From Candidatus Woesearchaeota archaeon (GTDB lineage Archaea; Nanobdellota; Nanobdellia; Woesearchaeales; GW2011-AR9), in contig DUGB01000001.1 in the NCBI GenBank assembly GCA_013331555.1, positions 4,611-45,740 of the forward strand: a stretch of DNA of 41,130 nt, written 5' to 3'. Shown here one piece after another: positions 28,775-36,011 of the stretch. The position numbers were made by a program, and so were the translations under genes. Within the stretch, counting starts at the first letter, position 1. The number at the start of each line of letters is the position of its first letter. The notes beneath the pieces are model-generated. The model had not been told where the DNA came from. It was given only the letters and a program-made list of their open reading frames with translations, and did not search any database.

Positions 28775-29015
28775 CGCCGAGGCTGGGACTTTCAGGCCAC
28801 CTTTCTTTACACTACATTTGGTGCAGCTCACAAAATAAAGCATCCGGCTTCATTTGTGCGCCAAAGTGATTGTTATCACTTTGTGCGTTGTAAAAGATGA
28901 CTTTTGAACCCAGATACCCTTGCGGGAACTAGCTTACGTTCCAGGCAAAATAATTTTTTGAAATATTTTGCGGATGATAGCAGGCTAGCGCACTACCAGA
29001 TTATGCGACCTCGGC
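28775..29015 (-). tRNA. tRNA-Ser(GCT) with two introns (43 nt at 37/38; 114 nt at 59/60)
   Basis: Acceptor GCCGAGG/CCTCGGC, discriminator G, anticodon stem CTAGC/GCTAG, long variable arm CCC-GCAA-GGG, T-stem CTGGG/CCCAG; introns at 28935-28977 and 28789-28902; spliced length 84 nt; CCA not encoded. Confidence 0.9.
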
Positions 29016-29116
29016 ATTGGTATGCAGAGGAAAGGACTTGTTATTTAAACTTTACGAGAAATATCAAAGAAAGAGAAGCAATACAAGATGGAAAAGAAAA
29101 AGAGAGATAAAAAAAG

Positions 29117-29521
29117 TTATTCGGATAGTGGAGTTGCTGCGTTAGAAACTGCACCTGCTCGATGGATGCGCGCAAAATAAGGAACAGCAACAACATAGTC
29201 TTCACCAAAGCCAGCAATATCTCCATCAATAGCCTCACATGTTTTACGAAGCTTAGAAACTGCACGCTTCAATTCGACAAGATCTTTATCTTTTAATGGT
29301 TTAATGTTAACGAGAGCAATGGTTGACCCTTCACGAAGGACATCAAGGATTTCTTTAATATCTTCAAATTCTTCAATGACAAAACGACGAACATTAACTT
29401 TTCCTTTATCATCACGCTCGCTGCCAGTTGAAACCTCAACGTAACTATTCATTGCCTCATCATCTTCTGGCTCTACGGGACGATTAAACCTTTCTTTTAT
29501 GCGCAACAAAAAATCTTTCAT
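29117..29521 (-). CDS. sepF: Cell division protein SepF, archaeal type
   Basis: ILDVLREGSTIALVNIKPL...LKRAVSKLRKTCEAIDGDIAGFGEDYVVAVP. Confidence 0.88.
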   Translation of the reverse strand: MKDFLLRIKERFNRPVEPEDDEAMNSYVEVSTGSERDDKGKVNVRRFVIEEFEDIKEILDVLREGSTIALVNIKPLKDKDLVELKRAVSKLRKTCEAIDGDIAGFGEDYVVAVPYFARIHRAGAVSNAATPLSE

Positions 29522-29654
29522 GGTACACCCTCTCCACCTTTAATTTTATGGTTTCTGGAGAGGTTTCCTCCTATATAAATGTTTTTATTGTGCTTTATAG
29601 TGGTTAGATTACTACTGCTTCCACAGTCCAAATGCGCTATTGATGCGCTATTGA

Positions 29655-31076
29655 TTAGTTGCCAAGCCTGGAAAGATTCGAATAAATTTTACGATGTTTG
29701 CCCTTGCTTCGTTCAAAAGTAACAGTAGCGCGAGGCAAACTAAATGTTCCAAGAATATGCAATTTTGCTTTTACTTTATAGGTGATAAGACGATGCTCTT
29801 GGGCGTCAATCTCGGCCAGCGACCAAATCACTTTCGTGCCGTGAGCAGTGTTGTGAACTTGTTCTGGTTTTAATGTTCCTAATTCCAAGCTTTTTTCAAC
29901 ATTGGCAATAGTTGGAACAAGATCAGTTACTTTAACATGCTTAACAGCTTTCTTAGACTTGTTCCGGAGTTCAAGAGTAATTTTAATTTCAGAAAGGCCG
30001 CCTTCCATACTTTTAGCAGTAGTGGCAGTTTTTCGTATTTCCAACGGAGAGCGCAGATAAAGATAGGCAATCAGAATAACCATGACGATAAGCAGAAGAT
30101 ACAAGGCAAGACGATAATTAGTTACGAAATAAATTGTTGTTTCTTCACCTGGACCAAGAGACACATCCCACACAAGATGACGTTGGTTGTCTTGCATTAC
30201 AATTTTGCCGCCACCGCTGCTTAATATAGCGGCAGTTAATGTTAATGGGACTTCAACTTCCTGAGTGTTGCGAACATTACCGGGATTAAGAACACGCAAA
30301 GAGTTTATGTTTTTAAGAAAGACACTGTCAGTGGTTAATGTTGTTACAAATGGAGGAAGCAAGGGAAGAACTTCAATTTTTTTCTCGAGAACTTTAACCG
30401 TCTGACCATTCTGCTCAAAGACGAAAAAGAGAACAGATTCTTTGGGCTGCTGATATTTATTGGGAATGATTGTAAACTCAATGGTTTTGCGTTCCAATGG
30501 AGGAACATCAACAACCGTTTCCTGAACAAATTCAGGAATATCACTTTGAATCTTAACGGTGAGATCAGAAAGATTTAATGGATTTTTATTCTCAAGAAAG
30601 AGCTTGATGGAGAGAGACTGTCGAGGATCAATTTTATCATTCATGTCCAGCGTTGCTTTTAATGAGGGAAGATAACGAGAAAGACGTTCAGAACCGAGAT
30701 ATACTTTAAGTGATTCAGAATACCGTTCACCAAGATCACTTTCGACGGAAATCTGAACATAATAAATTCCTGGCTGAAAGTTATCCAGAGGACGAGCAAC
30801 AATTTTGGTCGAGCGGCTTTCACCAGCAGCCAACTCAATTATTTTATCACGAAGAGGAGAAGGGTCGACAGACCAGCCTTGACCGCTTTGTAAGGAATAA
30901 GTGCTGTAGCGCTGAGTTTGATGAGCATTGTTAGTGATAGTCAGTTGAAAGGATGCTTCTTCACCAAGAGTGATCTGATTTTTAATGGGAGTAACTTCAA
31001 TATTGGAAGCAGCGATGACAGCAGTAGAACACAACGTTAGGAGAACAACTAATGATAGGAATATCTGCCACCTCAT
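29655..31076 (-). CDS. Membrane protein with signal peptide and several Ig-like domains
   Basis: Signal peptide, beta-rich repeats, internal TM, cytoplasmic VTDLVP-type domain. Confidence 0.8.
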   Translation of the reverse strand: MRWQIFLSLVVLLTLCSTAVIAASNIEVTPIKNQITLGEEASFQLTITNNAHQTQRYSTYSLQSGQGWSVDPSPLRDKIIELAAGESRSTKIVARPLDNFQPGIYYVQISVESDLGERYSESLKVYLGSERLSRYLPSLKATLDMNDKIDPRQSLSIKLFLENKNPLNLSDLTVKIQSDIPEFVQETVVDVPPLERKTIEFTIIPNKYQQPKESVLFFVFEQNGQTVKVLEKKIEVLPLLPPFVTTLTTDSVFLKNINSLRVLNPGNVRNTQEVEVPLTLTAAILSSGGGKIVMQDNQRHLVWDVSLGPGEETTIYFVTNYRLALYLLLIVMVILIAYLYLRSPLEIRKTATTAKSMEGGLSEIKITLELRNKSKKAVKHVKVTDLVPTIANVEKSLELGTLKPEQVHNTAHGTKVIWSLAEIDAQEHRLITYKVKAKLHILGTFSLPRATVTFERSKGKHRKIYSNLSRLGN

Positions 31077-31184
31077 GGAGGTTATTTTATTTTTTCCTTG
31101 TATTTAAAGCCTTCGTTTTCGGAAAGAATGAAATGAGCCACTGGACAAGCTTGGGTGAAGCTTATAAAGCAAATGTTCTTTCAA

Positions 31185-32148
31185 ATGGATATGGAGAAGG
31201 AGAGAGCATTGGCTGTATTTCAAGATAAAAGAATAAGAAGAGTTTGGCATAACAACGAATGGTATTTCTCTGTGGTGGATGTAGTTGAAGCACTAACTGA
31301 TAGCCCTGCTCCAAGACAATACTGGGGCGTTTTAAAAGGAAGAGAAAAACAGTTGTTAACACTTTGTTTACAACTGAAATTGCTTTCGGCTGATGGCAAG
31401 AACTATGCCACAGATTGTGCTAATACGAAGAATATATTCAGAATTATTCAGTCCATTCCTTCTCCTAAAGCAGAACCATTTAAACAATGGCTGGCTCAAG
31501 TGGGTTATGAGAGAATTCAAGAAATTGAAAATCCAGAACTTGCCCAAAATCGGGTCAAAGAATATTATGAACTAAAAGGTTATCCGAAAGATTGGATAGA
31601 TAAAAGATTAAGGGGAGTCGTAATTAGGCAAGAGCTTACAGACGAATGGAGAGATCGGGGAGTTGTCGATGAAACAGATTTTGCTATTCTGACTAATGAA
31701 ATCACCAAAGCAACATTTGGAAAAACAGTTGGAGAATACCGAGAATTCAAAAGATTAACAAAGCCTAGCCAGAATCTGAGAGACCATATCCTGAGAAATT
31801 CAGGGAATTTCTGGGATGCCAAAAATCACAGAGGTGATTTTTCAGCATGACTGATTGGGAACTTATTTTTACTATGCAAGAAATGTGAATACTATCACAT
31901 TTCTGCACAGAAAACAAATCGTTGTTGGTTTTCTTGTGCTTGGAGAGAAAGCTACAACAGACATTACCAAAACAAGAGATGCTCGAGGATTTGAGGAAAA
32001 CAAACGTGCAGCTCAGAGAGGAGGACAAATTGCTAACAATGCAAGAACTGAATTGGAGCAAGAAACCAAGAAGACCGTCGTTTCAAAAGATAATTTTTTA
32101 GGATTAACCAAAAAGAAAAAAGTGGAAACTGAAAAGATAAAAGATTAG
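31185..32148 (+). CDS. Bro-N domain (phage antirepressor-like) gene split by two twin-hairpin inserts; segments 31185-31787, 31847-31876, 31939-32148
   Basis: Bro-N motifs WYFSVVDVV and IIQSIPSPKAEPFKQWLA; joining the segments gives NLRDH-MTDWELIFTM-LGEKATTDIT, 280 aa, no other lesion. Could be a pseudogene. Confidence 0.85.
31788..31846. other. 59-nt twin-hairpin insert 1 in the Bro-N gene
   Basis: AT-CCTGAGAAATTC agg GAATTTCTGGG-AT-GCCAAAAATCAC agag GTGATTTTTCAGC-AT. Confidence 0.85.
31877..31938. other. 62-nt twin-hairpin insert 2 in the Bro-N gene
   Basis: TGC-AAGAAATGTGA atacta TCACATTTC-TGCA-CAGAAAAC..GTTTTCTTG-TGC. Confidence 0.85.
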
Positions 32149-32232
32149 AGCTCAGAGGTTAACTTGCACGGATTAAAAGAAATATTTATATAGTCTACTT
32201 TTTTAGTTTCTCTCTAAAATGAGGTTGTTTGG

Positions 32233-32802
32233 ATGGTAGATGGATTTCGAGGAGTGGTTACTTTTTTGGACACGATCGGGGTTTATGATATTGTTCTTCC
32301 ATTTTTATTAATATTTACCATTGTATTTGCCGTCCTCGACAAGACTAAGATTTTAGGTGTCGATAAGATTGATAATCGAGAATTATCAAAGAAGAATCTG
32401 AATTCGATGGTTGCGTTTGTGATGGCGTTGATTGTCATTGCATCGGCGCAATTAGTAAGGCAGATCAGCAGAATTATGGCGGATGTGGCATTGCTGCTGG
32501 TGTTGGCAATTTGCTTTTTAATGTTAGTCGGTGTGTTTTTTAAAGACGAGCAGTTTGATATTGAGAAAATTAAAGGATGGAAAGCAGTACTAGTAACGCT
32601 GATGTTCGCCGGGATTGTGATTATTTTTTTGAATGCGCTTGGATGGTTGGATTTTGTGTTCAAGCTGATTAAAAATTTCAACGCCGATTGGGCAGCAACA
32701 ACTTTATTTTTATTGATTACGGGAGGGTTTATGTACTATGTTGTACGATCTCCAAGTCCATCAGTTCCTGCAGGTGGAGAAAGTCCAAAAAAAGGAGGAT
32801 AA
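32233..32802 (+). CDS. Multi-pass membrane protein, paralog 1
   Basis: DIVLPFLLIFTIVFAVLDKTKILG; SD GAGGT. Confidence 0.8.
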   Translation: MVDGFRGVVTFLDTIGVYDIVLPFLLIFTIVFAVLDKTKILGVDKIDNRELSKKNLNSMVAFVMALIVIASAQLVRQISRIMADVALLLVLAICFLMLVGVFFKDEQFDIEKIKGWKAVLVTLMFAGIVIIFLNALGWLDFVFKLIKNFNADWAATTLFLLITGGFMYYVVRSPSPSVPAGGESPKKGG

Positions 32803-32805
32803 ACA

Positions 32806-33423
32806 ATGGTCAACTATCAAGATTTAATTTATTATTTCCAGCAGTACGGCGTATTGGATTTTCTCCTGCCGTTTATTTTGGTGTTTACAGTTATCTTTGC
32901 AGTGTTGCAGAAGATAAAACCGTTTGGAAATGATGGGAAAAATTTCCATGTCATTATTGCATTTGTCTGTGGTTTATTATTTGTTGTTCCACATGTTCTC
33001 GGAACGTATCCACCAAGTTATGATCCGGTTGTGATTTTAAATAATGCTTTACCTGGCGTATCATTAATTGCCATTTTTGCAATTATGGCGTTAATTACGT
33101 TAGGCGTCTTTAACACAGAAATGGGAAATACTCTCTTACCAATTGTTGCTTTTGGATCTTTTGCGTTTGTGGCATACATCTTTGGTTCGTCACTCGGACT
33201 TTGGAGCGGACCTTATGACCTTTTCTCGTGGTGGACAGCAGATGTAACGGAATTACTGGTGATTATCGCTGTCTTTGGTGGAATAGTATATTTCATTACG
33301 AGAGAGGATAGTGACACTGAGAAAGATCCAGCAAAATTGGCAGCGGCCAAGAAGAAAGCTGATGAAAAATGGGAAGATTATAACAAAAGGCTAGGCAACA
33401 TTATTAAAAGAAGAGGAGACTAA
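32806..33423 (+). CDS. Multi-pass membrane protein, paralog 2
   Basis: DFLLPFILVFTVIFAVLQKIKPFG; SD GGAGG. Confidence 0.8.
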   Translation: MVNYQDLIYYFQQYGVLDFLLPFILVFTVIFAVLQKIKPFGNDGKNFHVIIAFVCGLLFVVPHVLGTYPPSYDPVVILNNALPGVSLIAIFAIMALITLGVFNTEMGNTLLPIVAFGSFAFVAYIFGSSLGLWSGPYDLFSWWTADVTELLVIIAVFGGIVYFITREDSDTEKDPAKLAAAKKKADEKWEDYNKRLGNIIKRRGD

Positions 33424-33440
33424 ATATTTCAGTTTAACCC

Positions 33441-33995
33441 ATGGCAACTGTCTTAGATATCGGTGGACTATTTCAAGCGTTTGATTTTGTTTTTCCATTC
33501 CTTTTTGTAACGGTTTTAGTTTTGGCAGTGTTACAAAAAACAAAAGCAATCTCCGAAAGCGCAGCAATTAATGGAATTTTGGGTGTAATCTGTGGATTTA
33601 TGATTATACTTTCCAGAACATTAATTGATTTGATTAATTTTATGATTCCCTGGTTTACGGTGGCAATTGTGTTCATCGTATTGATGTTTTTGATTTTCTC
33701 GTTATTTGGTGCGAAGGAAGCCAACTTCTTAGAAGCGTTGAAAGCTAACGATAAAACCGTTATCTGGGTCATTGTCGGCGTCGGCATTGTTATCCTTGTC
33801 GCAGGGTTAGGAAAAGTGTTAGGACAGAATATTGGTCCGTATTTAGCAAACGAAACTGGAATCACAGATGGTTCGGGTGTAGCGACAGGTAGTTTTGAAC
33901 AGAATGTAACCGCAACACTTTTTCATCCTAAAGTATTGGGGTTGTTAGTCCTCTTTGGAATAGCGATTTTTGCGGTACTGTTGCTGACGAGTTGA
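33441..33995 (+). CDS. Multi-pass membrane protein, paralog 3
   Basis: DFVFPFLFVTVLVLAVLQKTKAIS. Confidence 0.8.
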   Translation: MATVLDIGGLFQAFDFVFPFLFVTVLVLAVLQKTKAISESAAINGILGVICGFMIILSRTLIDLINFMIPWFTVAIVFIVLMFLIFSLFGAKEANFLEALKANDKTVIWVIVGVGIVILVAGLGKVLGQNIGPYLANETGITDGSGVATGSFEQNVTATLFHPKVLGLLVLFGIAIFAVLLLTS

Positions 33996-34069
33996 CGGAA
34001 TAATTTTTATATTGTTTAATTACAAGTTTAGTTTATTAGAATCAAAGGTACAAAAAAAGAAAATATGAA

Positions 34070-34135
34070 CTATTTCTTCCTCATTCCCTGTGTTACCGAC
34101 GTTAACTCTTTCACGTTCTCAACGAAGGTTGGAAT
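34070..34135 (-). repeat. 66-bp duplicate of the 3' end of gene 34888-35445
   Basis: 59/66 identical to 34888-34953; encodes IPTFVENVKELTSVTQGMRKK*. Confidence 0.92.
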
Positions 34136-34200
34136 AATCCAAATAATAGTATGATAAGAAGCGTAAAGTTTAAATAGTTATATAAGTCTATACAACCATT

Positions 34201-34494
34201 ATGCCAGAAATACTTCATCACAAAACGGAACACAAACATATCCTACACTATCCCCAGTTGGATACGGTACTGATGGTTGAAAAATTTATTTATGATCATA
34301 GCGGAGAATTCAAAAAAAAATCTCTTTGGGAACACTTGCCTAAACAAATGATGTATCAAACATTTTGCGTTATTATTGACTACCTTTTGGAATCAGGAAA
34401 AATAGCGGTGGATAGTGAAGGAAAGATAGCGTGGGTTTGGGATCCTGAAGGAGTGAAACGATACTTAGCGAGGAAGGATCTCACGTGGAACTGA
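34201..34494 (+). CDS. Putative antitoxin / winged-helix-like protein
   Basis: Small ORF overlapping the RelE-like gene; IIDYLLESGKI. Confidence 0.65.
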   Translation: MPEILHHKTEHKHILHYPQLDTVLMVEKFIYDHSGEFKKKSLWEHLPKQMMYQTFCVIIDYLLESGKIAVDSEGKIAWVWDPEGVKRYLARKDLTWN

Positions 34495-34823
34495 ATTCAG
34501 AAGTAAGGTTTGGTGATGAGAATCTTAAGAAAGCTTATCACGAATTGGAAGCCGGCAAGTTTGAAGATAAACAACTCAAAGAGTGGTTAGACAGAGCAGT
34601 TCAAGATTTAAAGAAAAATGCTTTTTCGGGAATTCAAATTCCAAAAAGACTCATCCCAAAAGAATATCACGCTAGATATGGTCCACTAACTAACGCTTGG
34701 AAGTATAACTTGCCTAATGCTTGGAGATTGATTTACACAATCAAAAGAGATGAAGTAGTAGTTTTAAGTGTTGTTCTGGAATGGATGTCACATAAAGAAT
34801 ATGAAAGACGATTTGGATACTGA
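34485..34823 (+). CDS. RelE/ParE-like toxin
   Basis: WKYNLPNAWRLIYTI...EWMSHKEYERRFGY; GTG start. Confidence 0.7.
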   Translation: MELNSEVRFGDENLKKAYHELEAGKFEDKQLKEWLDRAVQDLKKNAFSGIQIPKRLIPKEYHARYGPLTNAWKYNLPNAWRLIYTIKRDEVVVLSVVLEWMSHKEYERRFGY

Positions 34824-34887
34824 CTAAAAATACATCCACTGTTATGGTTTTGGAGCAGAAATGATTTTCAGTTTAAACTAAAATAAG

Positions 34888-35445
34888 TTACTTCTTCCTC
34901 ATTCCTTGCGTCACAGACGATAACTCTTTCACGTTCTCAACGAAGGTTGGAATGACATCTTTAAACACTTTGCCGACGGCTTTTAATTCCGTGCCGACAT
35001 CACGCATTCGATTATCGTAATCTTCAAGCTTTCCTAAAACACCTTGATGAAGAATCTTAAAATCGTCTTTTAATTTATCTACATCATGACGCAAAGTACT
35101 GACGGTCTCTTCCATTTTTGTTTTCCATTCAATGATCTTTTTGACTTCGATGATCAGCTGATCCCATTTTTCATCAATGATGCTTTCAGCAATCTCTTCA
35201 ATCCGCCCAGTGAGATCTTCCGTTTGTGGAGGAGGAGCGTACGCGGGAGGTGCTTGAGGGGGATAGTTTTGGGGATAAGAAGATCCATATTCTTGTGGAG
35301 CGTCATATTGCGTCAGCGACATCTGCACTTGATCTTGCGGATAACCTCGTTTAACTAATTCGGCAAGTATCATGGAATCACTCAATCCTTGGTTACGAAG
35401 AAGCTGAATATCTGCAGTAAGACGATTTTGATCCATCGGGGCCAT
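34888..35445 (-). CDS. Hypothetical coiled-coil protein near the pilus ATPase
   Basis: SD AGGTGA before ATG(35445); Pro/Gln linker, then IEEIAESIIDEKW coiled coil. Confidence 0.8.
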   Translation of the reverse strand: MAPMDQNRLTADIQLLRNQGLSDSMILAELVKRGYPQDQVQMSLTQYDAPQEYGSSYPQNYPPQAPPAYAPPPQTEDLTGRIEEIAESIIDEKWDQLIIEVKKIIEWKTKMEETVSTLRHDVDKLKDDFKILHQGVLGKLEDYDNRMRDVGTELKAVGKVFKDVIPTFVENVKELSSVTQGMRKK

Positions 35446-35484
35446 AGTATTCACCTGTTTTTGAGTGGAAGTGCTTTTTCCAGC

Positions 35485-35913
35485 TTAATAAATGTTTTCT
35501 GTGTTAGAGGATGCCGGAGGAGTGTTTATGGTAGAGTCAGAGGATTGAAGTTGAGCGAGACGTGCATCAATAGTGCGCTCTAAATCACGCTGGGTGACAA
35601 AATGAAGCGGATTCCAAAAGTCAAGATATTTTTTTAATGTGGCTAATTCTTCGGCTCCGGCAGTACGACGAAGCTCTTTAATGATTAAATCCATTTTTTG
35701 CTGGGTTTGTTCACGTTCATGTTTTAATTCCAGCACATCACTACGGATGCTTTTGAGTTCTTTATTAAAGTCAGTATTTTTCCGGAGGTGGTCGTTCTTC
35801 AGAAGATTAACTTCACGCAACAGAGTGTTAACTTTACTTTCCAGACCTTTAACCCAGACGTAGAGTTGAGCACTGTCATAGGATTGAGTTGTGGAAGTCA
35901 TAGGCTCGGCCAT
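35485..35913 (-). CDS. Hypothetical coiled-coil protein
   Basis: Heptad pattern, then LKKYLDFWNPLHFVT. Confidence 0.75.
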   Translation of the reverse strand: MAEPMTSTTQSYDSAQLYVWVKGLESKVNTLLREVNLLKNDHLRKNTDFNKELKSIRSDVLELKHEREQTQQKMDLIIKELRRTAGAEELATLKKYLDFWNPLHFVTQRDLERTIDARLAQLQSSDSTINTPPASSNTENIY

Positions 35914-36011
35914 GTGTAAATAAAGGCAAGAAAGTTAGATAAATCTATGGGAGTATTGTAAAGTAATAACAATTATTTCTTTCCGTCATAGAAACACTAA
36001 TAAAGACTTTT

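Noticed and set aside
19275..28775. Surface cluster as a tRNA-integrated island
   Set aside because: It starts right after the tRNA 3' end, but I found no integrase or duplicated tRNA end in the window
28904..29110. 68-aa ORF in the track
   Set aside because: Antisense to the tRNA-Ser gene
29632..29653. ATGCGCTATTG tandem duplication
   Set aside because: Two copies of 11 nt in an intergenic gap; likely slippage with no evidence of function
31855..32148. Separate 97-aa gene in the track
   Set aside because: Its N-terminus is out-of-frame exon plus insert sequence; the rest is the C-terminus of the Bro-N protein
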